A stretch of 64,000 nucleotides of DNA from Felis catus (GCF_018350175.1 NC_058368.1:218552001-218616000); one strand, 5' to 3'; numbered from the stretch's first letter, positions 38,281 to 50,729 are shown. The notes: generated by a model from the letters alone, not told the origin. A program made the numbers and translations.

Positions 38281-39004
38281 ACCTGTGTTTGACTTTTAAT
38301 AATCACATTTGATTTTCAATCCTTATGTTAAATTCTCTTAAAAGCTGCTGAACCAATCTTGAAAAGGAAACATTGAAATTTGTATCTGCATGTGAAGAAT
38401 AATGTTTATATTTTAGGAATACTTTAATTATCACTAGGAATTTGGAGACTCAACACTATATACTAATTTAGTCAACAACACATGCGCTACATTATCAGTT
38501 TCAGATTGAAGATGGAGTAGAGCACGCTTGGACTGACACTCTTAATAACACAGGATTGATTATGAGAAATTTCAGGCCACAGGGTAAAATTTCTGTAGTA
38601 TTTCCAGATAATTTTACCTGGCAAAATGGGAACACGTCCATTTTGTTAACTTCATAGTATATGGTTCTAAAAGATTCTTCAGACCGGCAGAGGAAATCTT
38701 TTGATTTGATACATAACTATAAAAGTGCTAGAGGTATTCCATTCTTATCATTTCCCCCAATTCTAACTAATGGATTTGCAGATTAGGATTCTTTGTGTCT
38801 CAAGAATCCATACTGGAGGATGCACAATCCAGGCATTACTTTGATAGAGGATGGCCCTTCTGCCTGCAATCAAACCTGAAAACCTGTAAACTTTCAATCA
38901 TACACAGACATGCTACTACCAATGTCTCCTGATTTCTTTCACCTGTCTGTGCCTAGTGCATTCCCTTCACGTTGGGTGGTCTTCTAATACCGTGATCAAA
39001 CTTC

Positions 39005-39480
39005 GCTACTAGACAGGCCAAGGGCAGACAGGCCAAGGGCAGCCCTAAGATGGGCCACTTTGGCATGAACATCATTTTGAGTTAAAAGCAATAAAAAGCC
39101 AACAGATTCAGGATACATTCTTCACCAACTGCCTCAACTGCCTCAACTGCCTGCTGTACCAGGAAGAGAGCTATTTAACAGAGATTCCTGTTTACCAAAG
39201 CAACTCATCAACATAATGGGGCAACCTTTGTTTTCCAAACACCTCCTCTCACCTTTCTGCTAAGGGTCTTTCTGCTTTCTATCCTCAGACTTCTAACCCT
39301 CTCCTTAGCTCATATAAGCATCCCATTACCTCACTGTCTTTGGGAATTTTATGTCTATGTGGATTCCCCATATGTATGCTATTAAATTTTATTTTCTCCT
39401 GTTAATCTGTCTCATGCCAATTTGATTCTTAGTGCAGCTAGAGGGATCTTGAAGGAAAGAGAAAATTCTTTCTCCCAGAA
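39005..39480 (+). mobile_element. MER34-like ERV1 LTR
   Basis: GCCACTTTGGCATG...ATTTTGAG and ATTAAA...TTTTCTCCTGTTAATCTGTC motifs. Confidence 0.7.
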
Positions 39481-39924
39481 ACTGCCCTGGAGTCTTAAAT
39501 CTCTGCCTCTAAAGATGTGAATTTATATGTTAGAAAAAGTACCCGAGGTGTCGAGGAAGAGCATTAGGTCTAACCCAGCCTGAAGCAGGGAATTACTGTA
39601 TAGAAAGTTAACCAAATACATGCAAGAAGAGGAGACAGAATTCCTCTCTAGTAGAATACAAAAACTTCTGTATTATGTCATGTCACTCCTTCCAATCTAT
39701 TGGACAAGTTCTGCAAATATCTACATGTAAACAAAATAAAACGTTCATTACCAATTAATTCTGTTCAGTCCGCATTAATGTCAGTCTTATTTAGAGCAAC
39801 ACTATGATGTTCGAACATTTGCAAACTGTATCTTAAACGTAAAAACTTGGATTAATTAGAACTCAAACCTTTGACCACTCCATATCAGACTAAAATTTTT
39901 AAAGGTGACTGTATAGGTTACTTC

Positions 39925-39929
<5 letters not shown>

Positions 39930-39978
<49 letters not shown>
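39930..39978. repeat. (CA)n microsatellite
   Basis: Direct reading. Confidence 0.97.
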
Positions 39979-39982
<4 letters not shown>

Positions 39983-40372
39983 TAGAAATGCATCTATAGA
40001 CTAGAATGAGAGAACAGTAATTTTTTCCCATAAAATAGTTTTTATTATTGCCTGTAAATCCAGGAAGCACAAAGAGTATGGAAGTAAACTGCATGAAAAA
40101 TCACAGAAGATAACAATTAAAAGATTGTAAATTGTTAACACAGTTGACTGTCAAATATATCTACTCTATATTGATTGATATTGCAAGTTGCAAAACAAAA
40201 GTAGTGTTAATCAAGTGATGCTCTTTTTCTGATTTTTGTAAAAGTGAAAGACAAGATACCCATTATATATCGATATAATATTTAAAGTCACTTCATTATA
40301 ATTTAAATTAGGAGATTTCCAAATACATAAGTTTCAGAAGCAAGATAATTTGGTAAGAGGCACATTCGGTAT

Positions 40373-40830
40373 TGATGAAGTTTTAGGGTGATGGGGAGTT
40401 CGTGGGGTGGTCCACAGCCAACAGCTAAGAAAGAATTCCTGAAGACGTCTTTGGTGCAAAAAGGTGATTTTATTAAAGCATGGGGACAGGACCTATGGGC
40501 AGAAAGAGCTGCACTTGGGTCATGATGGGCAACTCATTTTTATACCCTCAGGTTGGGATGGGGTCAGGGATAGGGTAAGTCTGTAAGGTATTTTGGAAGA
40601 AGCAAGGTTTCCAGGACCTTGAAGGTCTAGCTGTGCTAGAGAAACGCCACATATTACTGTTTAATAAAACTGTCATGAAACGCTTCAGATGTATATCGGG
40701 GGACAATAAACTTGGAGTATAATTGCCAGCATATATCTTGGGGCAGTTGAGATAAAGGAAGTATACTTACAGGATCCTCAAGTTTGGGATAATGTTAAGC
40801 TACAGTTCTCTTGAGAGACTAAGAGAAAAG

Positions 40831-40868
<38 letters not shown>

Positions 40869-41500
40869 CCATTCCAGAAACCAGCCAGGGCGTGCCCCGG
40901 TTGTAGTCTGACCTAAAGGCGGGAACCAATCAAGTTCTGCTGAGTGGTTTGAAATAAAGGCGGGAACCAAACAAGTTCTGCTGAGCGTTCAAATTTAAAT
41001 GTCAACCAATAACAGCTCTGTAACCTCAAAAAAAATCCCTAACTTATTTGTGCCTGTCTATAAAAGAAGCTGTAAGATCCTTGCTCGGGGCCTCTTAGCG
41101 TCACCGGCAACGAGTGCGCGGAGGACCGGGTTCAAACCTGCAATAAACGACCCTTGCCGCTTGGCTTTGATTCTGGACTCTGGTGGTTTGTTTTCGGGGG
41201 GTCTCTCGAATCAGGGCATATCACTCTTTTACCCCTAACACAAGGCAGCTGAGGTCCTGGAGGGAGGTCACTCTGCCTGTTTCAAGGACTTGTCAATGGG
41301 CCGAAGGCAGTAAGGGAATTAATTTTTCATTTGCCTTAGTTTCCCACATTACCATGGCAAGCACTTAACCCCCTTCCCTTTGTTCTTTGGTAGCCAGGAG
41401 TGTCTGAGGAATATCACACATAGTCCACCTGAGTGGGGGGTGGGGGTGGGGAGCTGCCACCCTGTATTTTGCCCTTAGCTTGCTCCATGCTCCCTCATCA
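40373..41500 (-). mobile_element. solo ERV LTR related to 36912-37762, split by a younger LTR
   Basis: Reverse complement starts TGATGAGGGAGCATGGAGCAAGCT and ends AATAAAATCACCTTTTTGCACCAAAGACGTCTTCA...CTTCATCA; flanks GTAT/GTAG. Confidence 0.9.
40812..41223 (+). mobile_element. young gammaretrovirus-like (ERV1) solo LTR
   Basis: TG...CA termini with perfect 4-bp TSD CTCT; duplicated 31-bp enhancer; CCAAT 41006-41010; TATAAAA 41059-41065; AATAAA 41142-41147; 17 CpGs. Confidence 0.95.
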
Positions 41501-42049
41501 GTAGACATATCAGGAAACAACTATGTAATTCCCCAAGCACTATGTTCCAGCCCAACCTGTAGCCTTCAATACCTTTTGAATTCTAAGTAGATCCCAGATG
41601 TTTTCCAAACATATACAGGTATTTGAAAACATCACTTGAAATTATTACTAAGTGTAGTCTAATCAAAATGAACTTTTTCAATTCCATTCAATTTATTTTT
41701 CTACACACAGGTAGACCCATGCCCATTTGTTTGTTGAAGAAAAGTACAGGGAAATATGACATTATCTTTCACCGTTCTCATTCCACACTGCCCCCGTGTG
41801 CTAGATACTGCTTCTAACTCTTCTAGAGTTGAATTTTCAAAGGATGATAAAAGGAAACAAAGTTTCTTTTCACTGGCATTGTTAGAATTTGGCAATGATG
41901 TCTTCTGTGTGAATGATACCCACATTTCTGTACTCTCTCATTGTTAGCATGAACTATGTCAATGGACAATAGTGGTGACCACTTATGGTTTACGTTGGCT
42001 AAGACCATTGTAACATTTCACCCAATTTGACTAATCCTACCCACTCACC

Positions 42050-42369
42050 ACCCTCACGACCTGATAGTATTAGAAGATGAGACTTTGGGGATGTAATTAA
42101 GATAAGGTTGAGAGTGGAGCTTTCATACATAGGATCAGTTTTCATATGAGTCGAGAGAGCTTGCTTCCTCTCTCTGCTCTCTGCTATATGTAGATGGATA
42201 CAAAAGAAATCAACAGTCTACAACTAAGAAGACAGCTTTCAACAGAACCTGGTTGTGCTTAACAGCTGGTTCTTGCACTTCCTGCTTCCAGAACTATGGG
42301 AAATAAATTTCCGTTGCTTGTAAGCCCTCCACTTTAGGGTATTTTGTTATGGGAACCTGAACTAAGACA
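42050..42369 (+). mobile_element. MLT1A-like MaLR LTR
   Basis: GTATTAGAAG...GAGAGCTTGCTTCCTCTCTCTG...CCAGAACTATGGGAAATAAATTTC...TATTTTGTTAT...ACTAAGACA. Confidence 0.88.
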
Positions 42370-42619
42370 TCCATCATTCCCCTCAAAGGCACTGGCTTAC
42401 TCTTACCCTTTACTTGCACTTTTTACATACAGGATGGGGATGAAAAATGGAATAAAAGTGGAAGAAACCCTGAAAGTTTTGTTTACCTCTCAGCAAGTCG
42501 CATATAGATTACTTTAGCCTATTTGTAGACATACGTGACTTACAATCAGATAGCGTTCCTTTGTTTTCATACTTCAATTCACTTAAATATTGATCATAGT
42601 ACACCAGAAACAAGATGGT

Positions 42620-42880
42620 CTTAAAAAGGCCTGAGAGAAAGAATCTCTTTTAAGAAACAACAATTAGATTGAGGGTAGACTTTTTCAAAATAATAGAACA
42701 CAGAACACAGGAAAAGAACATCTTCAAAGAACTGAGAGGAAATAACTCTCAACCTAGAAATGTGTACCATCAAAACAATTTTTCAAGAAAAATGGTACAA
42801 AAAAACCCACATTTATAGGCCAGCAAAAACTGAGAATATTCACCATCAAAAAATCTGTACTAAAGACACTTGTAAAGGAT
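42620..42880 (+). mobile_element. old L1 ORF1 fragment
   Basis: CAATTAGATTGA...ACATCTTCAAAGAACTGAGAG...CAACCTAGAA...AACTGAGAATATTCACCA. Confidence 0.65.
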
Positions 42881-43135
42881 ACTTTTTAATCTTAATTTTA
42901 ATTTCAACTAGTTTATATAAGGTGTTACATTATTTTCAGATATACAATATAGTAATTCAACACTTACATACACCACCCGGTGTTCATCACAGATATTATC
43001 ACTGTAATACTGTGTATGCTGAGCCAAGTAGATGTGATTATTTAAATTTTTTAACTTTCTTACAGTAAAGGCTTAAACCTTTTCATAAAGAATTTGTATA
43101 ATTTTATTAAATTTATTCTTGGATGCTATATTTTT

Positions 43136-43352
43136 TTTTAAATTTTTTTTTCAACGTTTATTTATTTTTGGGACAGAGAGAGACACAGCATGAATGGGGG
43201 AGGGTCAGAGAGAGGGAGACACAGAATCGGAAACAGTCTCCAGGCTCTGAGCCATCAGCCCAGAGCCTGACGCGGGGCTCGAACTCACGGACCGCGAGAT
43301 CGTGACCTGGCTGAAATCGGACGCTTAACCGACTGCGCCACCCAGGCGCCCC
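43136..43352 (-). mobile_element. young SINEC_Fc
   Basis: TSD TTGGATGCTATATTTTT (43119-43135 / 43354-43370); CpG-rich. Confidence 0.97.
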
Positions 43353-46134
43353 ATTGGATGCTATATTTTTATTGATGCTATATTTTTATTGATACCTCTA
43401 AGAATATTTATTTTTTCTGATTTGCTAATTATATCTTATATGAAAACGTTAATTGCAGCTAATTATCTCTCCTTTTGTCAGAATGCAATTGGAAACCGTT
43501 ATCATTATTATTTTTATTTTAAAATTTATTTGAATTTTGACCTGGGGCCAAGAAACAACATATTTCATGAGCTTTAAAAATAAAATTGTATATCTTATTA
43601 TTAATGGTAGATTTGATTTAGATTTACTTGATCGATTTCAGTCACTTGATTTGCCACGGTTTAAAAAAAAAGTGGGTCAGAGTGACTAAGAAATAATTTA
43701 TTTCTTTAAACATCTCCATATAGTTTCTGAAATATATATTTACATTGCCATTTTTAAGTGTATAAGTTATGTGACATAAGAACTCTTTAACTCTGGATCA
43801 TCCTCTTAGTTTAAATATTTCTGAAACACTTTCTCTCAGATGCATTTCTGGCATAAATATATATGGATGAGTTATTTAGCTAATCTAAAGTCATCTCTTT
43901 TCTTTGAAAGTTTAAATTTATCTTATTTATAGTTGTTAGAACATCAAATATATTTAGCTTGTAACTTTTAGCATATTTTATGTGCATTTCTATTTTAATG
44001 CTATGGGGTTTTCCACTTCATGGTATATACATTACTTTTTCTTTGTGTGTAATGTTTGTACTTAATATGCAGTAAACCTCAAAGTTTGTACAACATATCC
44101 ATATTTGTGTAACATGCATCCATGTATATTTTTGATTCCCAAATTGGAATTGGAACTATTGGCTTTGTTACAAATGACATAAAAATTGATGCACTTGTAC
44201 TTTTCTTTTTACATCTTGATTTAATTTTGTTTTTAATTTTCTTTATCATTAATTTAGGATGATAATTAACCAACACTTATAGGCAATCAAAACAAATTTT
44301 TAAAAACATGTTTTTTAACTTATTTTTCTATGTTCAGTTCTTCAATGTAAATTCTTGCAAGGAAGGTAAGAGGAGCACCACTACACTTCATAGCCCCTTT
44401 TGAGCTCTCCAGCATTGCCCCACCCTTCTTTCTTACTTTTGCTGTCACTCCTTTTTGTTATACCTATTTTTTGTCATTGTTTATGACATTTTCCTAGGAT
44501 AATGTTTCTCTCAGTTACTTAACCTTCGCTCTCTCTGGTAAAGTGCCTGATGCCTGGCAGCAGGTGGCTTATCCTATATTATTCATGGAGATATACTAGT
44601 TAGCTAGATTTTATTACCATGCAGATCTCTTTGTTTTTAAAGAAACATTTATCGGTGCTCCATTACCTAGGTTCTTGAATATGTGAGAGTGTCTTTTTTG
44701 CCTCTGTGTACTTCAATAAAAATTGTTTGGCTATAAATGTCTTCACTTACACTTTCTTACCTTGAGAATTAAATTTGTTGCATTTCTTCTGACATTGTGA
44801 GACCAACCTGATTACTGATTCTTCCCTATTAGCATCACCAACAGCACCACCAGGACATCACTCACCACACACAAATCCATGCAGACACATTCTGTGTACA
44901 CAGTTGATTGTTTCAAAAGACTCTTCACTTACTTCAGATCTTAGTAACTTCACTAGGATATTACTCGATATTGATATTTCTGTATTAAAATGTGGGAAAT
45001 ATGATTACCTTTTCTGTTTAGATTCCTGGTGTTTATTTATTTATAACCTTATATGTTTCTTAGTCTTCTAAGTTTTTCAAATATAACTAGTCTTAATTTG
45101 GGTCAGACTAATAATTATTAGAGCTCTCTAATTGTGTTACTGTCTTTTATTTATTTTTTATTTATATTCACCCCAACAATGAGAAGACACTCTTCTCAGT
45201 CACTTACTTATTATGACATGTGCATATATTTCACCCACATATCAAGTATGGAATTCACTAGTAAAAATGTGTTCCCTTATTTTGTGAGAATTACTTCCTT
45301 GTTTTTGCTCACCCACTATATCAATGAATAGCCAAGTGCCATTTTAATTCTCACTCGTAAGTGACACAATTTTATTTTCTCTGTAAGGTTTACTATTTTT
45401 GTTTGCAACTGGTTTCTGATGTTTCTCTGTGATATCATTTGGTGGATTTCATTTCCTTTCACCTATCTTGACATTTATTGGTACCATCCAACTAGCACTA
45501 TGCATCCTTTAGCTGCAAAAACTTTGGATTATTTCTCAAGAAAAGTAATTTTCTACATTTTTATTGTTACTATCACATTCTGAAATACATATAATTTTCA
45601 GAACTTCTGGACCTACTTTTAGGTATCTTATTATTCTTTGACCTTACAACTTACAGCTACCTTTCTGTTCTAGCTTTTGTTACATTTATTCGACTTTATA
45701 TTCCAACCTTGCTATTAAGTAATTTTTTCTAAAATATTTGTGATGATAAAGCCTAATTTTTATTCTCTTCATTTTATGTCATATTCTGATATAGTTTCAC
45801 TAATAAAATTTCTCTCCAAATGCTTTTATTTTACTCAACTCAAACTTTTTTCAAGTGTTCTTCTGAGTCCTTTATTATTCCTATCCTCCCTAGAGTTTTA
45901 TTTTTAATTTATATGCATTATTAACCACTCTCAGATTTGGAACTTTTCTTTAATTGTCCAAGGATCTTTCATTCATATGTTTGAGTGGAAACTTTAAAAG
46001 TCCATGGAAAGCTCTTTAAATATGGTGGTCTAAGGTAGTATTTTTTTCTAGGTTTTATTTCTTCAGAGAAAAGAAAAAAATATCAAATGTTCTGCCATTA
46101 CATGTGATGCTTATTGCATTTTTTTACAGAATGG

Positions 46135-46198
46135 AATATATGCGTATGTGGTTGTGTGTGTATATATTCATACACACACAAATTTATGCGTATGTGGT

Positions 46199-46263
<65 letters not shown>

Positions 46264-46305
46264 GCACACACACACACACATATACGTGTATTTGTGTGTG
46301 TGTGC
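46135..46305. repeat. compound (TG)n(TA)n(CA)n microsatellite with internal duplication
   Basis: Direct reading. Confidence 0.95.
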
Positions 46306-47893
46306 TTGTGGGGGAGGGGCAGACAGTGAGCAAGACAGCAAGAAAGTAAGAGAGCAAGAGAGAAAAGGAGATGTGGTAGGACAACAATAATAATGGAAAC
46401 CAGGATTTTAATATGCTTCACATCATGGCAAAAATGAAAATCCTGATAAAAGTTTGCAATTACTCCTATTATCTAATGTCTGAGCAAAATTAGCCTCAGT
46501 GACAAAAAAATAAAGTGCTAATTCTCTGTAGAGTTTCACTTAATAAGTGTGTTTGTGTAAGTAGTAGAATTGACATTTTTCCAAGTCTAGACATGATTTC
46601 TCCATGTAAAAATTTTTGTAGCTTGTAAGTCCATCCTACGTTGATATATTTGTTGCCCTAAATTCTGCTTCCACAAAGCAGACGACTTAATGACTTAATT
46701 TTTCAGTTTTAAATAACAAATTGTAAGTCAAATATATTTTTAAAATGTCTGCCTGAGCAGGGGCATTTAATGTAAAGCTGGTATTCCAGCTGTCTCATCC
46801 AAATGTGTCTTTATTTCATTGTGTATATATTTGTGATATATTGGAAGAAGTGGTTAGTTCTGATTAAGCAGATCAGTTTTCAATACAGAAATTACAGTCA
46901 CATTTTTCATACAATGTTAAAGAAAGTAAATTTCCCTGCTGATGCATGAATTGTAAATATTTAAATGCAAAAACAAGTTTTTGCTGCATGGTTGGCTGGA
47001 AAATTTGTGACATTGTATCATTTTAAATGCTTTCAACTCAGAAGACTAATCAAACTACTGAGCTACAGAGCAGGAGATCTGCTGAATAAATATCAAAATG
47101 GCAGCTGTATTTTCAGAAATTAATATGTCATTTTGAGCTGAGCTATGTACAAGATGATTACAAGATAGAAGGATAGGAGGTAATAGGATTAATTTATTTA
47201 TTAGTGGTGACTTTTTTTCCCCAAATTAATTTGCTAGAACTACAAAAATTGAAATCCAAACATGTGACATTAAAAAGGGGTGTAGAATGAACACTTTGTA
47301 AACCTCCTGTGTTTGATTCTCATGCTGGGTCTCCTCTCCCATCTTAGGTTAACAGTGCTAGGGAGGACTCTCCCGCTAAGACTAAGTGAACTAAAAGGGA
47401 AGAATTCCTGAAATGAAATCATATTATAACAACTGATTTATTTCTAATTGTTTGAATGTATTCTTTGCAATTCTATTTAAAACTTCCTGAACAGGCTCAG
47501 TCTCACCTCAGTCCCGCCCACTGTACCTATAACCATTTATTATTTTTAACTCTTTGCTTTAACCCTTCATCACTATTTCTTCCCGATTCTTTGGTTTTAT
47601 AGCAACAGTCACAAGGACTGGTACAGGTTTTCCCTGCTGCTTGAAAGTAGAACATTCTTATGAAAACTTTCATAAGCTGAAATGGAATAAACAAAGTAAT
47701 TACAAGTAAAAGTGAAAATCCTTTTCGATTTCTTTCAGTTAGCAAAAACAGGTACCAATGTAGGTCTTCCCTAACATTAAAGTGGTGTAAATCAAACTTT
47801 CAGATAAGTGAGGAAACCTGTATATGAGCCCCATAATATTCAACTGAAAATGTATTAATCATCAACTCATTAAATTATTCCCGAATCACCCAG

Positions 47894-48404
47894 CATGGTA
47901 GGAAGAATAATGACCTCTTCAAAACATCGATATCATTATCCCCAGAAATTATGCCTATGTTACCTTGAATGGCAAAAAAGAATTTATAGTTATGATTAAT
48001 TGAAGGACTTTAAAATTAAGCAATTAGCCTGTATTTTCCAGGTAGGCTCAATCTGATCATATGAATCCTTAAAAGGTAAAGAACCTTTGATGGCTGTGAT
48101 GAGAGAGAGATAATGACTACAGAAGAATAGTCAAGGAGATACAAAGTTGCTAGAGAAAAAAGATAGACAAAGGAGAAGATGAACGAGGAATGTGAGCAGC
48201 CTCTAGAAGTTAGGAAAGGGAAAGAAATGGACTGCATTCTTCCCTACAGTCTCCAGAAAGGGATGCAGCCCGACTGACACCCTGATTTTAGCCCAATGGT
48301 ATCCATGTGCCACTTTACGAAACTGTAAGAAAATAAACATATGTTGTTTTAAGCCACTACATTTCTGGTACATTTGTCAAAACAGAAAAAGGAAACTTGG
48401 TACC
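47894..48404 (+). mobile_element. MLT1D-like MaLR LTR
   Basis: TGGTAGGAAGAATAATG...TATGTTACCTTGAATGGCAAA...GCCTCTAGAAG...TGTTTTAAGCCACTA. Confidence 0.9.
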
Positions 48405-48432
48405 GAGAAAAAAATTTTAAAAAGTAATCACT

Positions 48433-48614
48433 GGGGCACTTGATTGGCTCATTTGAGTGCCCAACTTCACTTCAGGTCAGGGTCCATCTAACCTTTCCTG
48501 AGTTCATGCTCTGCATGGGGCTCACTGCTGTCAGCAGAGTCTGCTTTGGATCCTCTGCCTCCCCCCTCCTGCTCACACTCTCACTCTCAAAAATGAATAA
48601 ACATTCATTAAAAA
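48433..48614 (+). mobile_element. degenerate Can-SINE
   Basis: GGGGCACTTG...CAACTTC...CTCAAAAATGAATAAACATT. Confidence 0.85.
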
Positions 48615-48818
48615 ATAGTTTATCACTCAAGTGTTATTTAATAAAGCTTCAAAAACAGTCTCATGATTGGGTTTGGTTCTCTTCAATGTTTTTCTCTTCC
48701 CCTGAATTTTTCTAATATTTGTATGCCTAGCACTGAGCATAGCAACAGAAAGTTACCAAGGGTTGAGTGAAATCATCAGTGAAGGAATTAATGAGATGCA
48801 TTTAATTTTTATACTTTA

Positions 48819-49010
48819 GGGGCACCTGGGTGGCTCAGTTGGTTGAGCTTCCAACTTCTTGCTGTTTGTGAGTTCGAGCCCCACGTCGGGCTCTTTGCCG
48901 ACAGTTCAGAACCTATAACTTGCTTCAGATGTCTCCCTCTCTCTCTGCCCCTCCCTCACTTGCGCTCTGTCTCTCTCTCAAAATAAACATAAAAAAAAGA
49001 AAAAGAAAAA
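48819..49010 (+). mobile_element. Can-SINE with internal deletions
   Basis: GGGGCACCTGGGTGGCTCAG head; TSD core TATACTTTA. Confidence 0.92.
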
Positions 49011-50729
49011 TATTGTATACTTTAGAAGTTAACATAAATTATTTATTAAAGGTGAAAAATTACTCAATAAACATTTTACCTCTTTTCATTTTGATGACAA
49101 TAAATGTATCCATCAAAGTCATCCAAAGATTCTGATACATGATTGAATCTGACCATTTGGTGGCAATGACCAGAGACTAGGAGTTGTGGCAACAAGACCT
49201 ATAGTTAGAAAAAGATTCAGTGCACCCAGCCTCCTCAGCTAAGAACAAATTATTTGGATTGTATGCAAAAACAGGAATGTGAACACAAGGTAAAACAACA
49301 TCATTTGATTTGGTGGAAAGAAGAAAGAAACAGGTATCAGGAGAAAGGAGTTCTAATTCCAAACCTGTAAATCTGTCACATTTTAGCTCAGTGCCCTTGA
49401 GAAAATCTCTTAAATTTCCTGCACGTCTGTTTCTTCACATACAATATCAGGAGTTTGTGTTAGAAGTAAATATGGCTCTAATTTTGTTTCTTTAGGTCAT
49501 AGATTCTCATTGTTATGAGTTAATTTTGATAACGAAAAACATTAGACTTAGAGAAGTCAACACTCATCCAAAAAAAAAAAAAAGCATTGTAATAATCAAT
49601 AAGAGTCTGGCAGCCAGTTTTCACCCACAGTGTCACATTTCTCATGAACTCCATTTCCTCTGCTCCTGAGTTAACCTGATAGGGATACTCTTGGCTTATA
49701 CATAATTCTGGGGTTTTTTGGTGAATGATCTTATTGTTTACAACCCGACTGTTCTTACGTTGCACTGCACACTTTTCGCACTCTAAAGTCTTCATGTGGT
49801 AGGAGTTTGTCAAGAGACTTGGACACCATAAACGTTTCAGAAGAAATGTACTGAGTTCAGAAAATAGTGGAGTTTTTTATTGATTTTTCATTGCATAACC
49901 AATTTGTGTATAAATCCTAACATTGTGTAATATAATTTTACATCCCCCCACATTACAACGTTTTATTCTTAACATAAAATTTTAGTCTATTTTATAGAGC
50001 TGAATATTTATCTCTATTGCGCTTCTCTGTATTATTTGCTAAATTAATTTGTTCAAATTACAACCAGTGTTATCACTGTGAATGTTGTTTTATTTTTAAT
50101 AATGGTTGATTATTGCTGGTATAGATTATATGGTGATCTTCTACGTAGCATACTGTTAAACTTTGTAATCAGTTTCTATAAATCCTCAGTTGTTTTTTCT
50201 ATATAGATAATTACATTACTGATAATTGCAGGTTTATTTCTTCTAAAATATTTCTGTTTATTTCATTTTACATTATTGTAAGGTTATACTAGCTCCTCTA
50301 GAGCGATAGTAAAAAAGCAGCAATAATAATCTGCTTACCTTTTTTTCCCTCTTGTTCTTACAACATTTGCTATAGACTTCTGGTTACATTAACAAATTAA
50401 GGAAATCTTTTACTGTTTCCAAATTGATGAGTTTTTCCAAGATATATGTACATACATATATATAGATAGATACATATATATTTATATATATTGAACTTAT
50501 TTTTAAAGTTGAAACAGAAGAAAATTTTATCTTTCAGGTGTATATTAAAATAACCACCCAGATTTTTAATTTATTCATTGATAAGTTATATTGACAGATT
50601 ATTTACTATTGAGTCATTCTTTCTTTGGACAAATTTTCCTTTAATCCTGACTCAGGTATTAATATAAATTTATGAACTTTAGAAATACTATTCATTTTTC
50701 ACATTTACTTTTATAAGCAAAATGACCCT

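Noticed and set aside
37763..40372. Provirus body between the two related LTRs
   Set aside because: The LTRs are in opposite orientation, and no PBS, gag, pol, env or polypurine tract is visible between them.
40999..41368. ORFs in the nested LTR region
   Set aside because: Short frames across LTR U3/R/U5 with no retroviral protein motifs.
46098..46421. Five overlapping ORFs on both strands
   Set aside because: Dinucleotide repeats lack stop codons.
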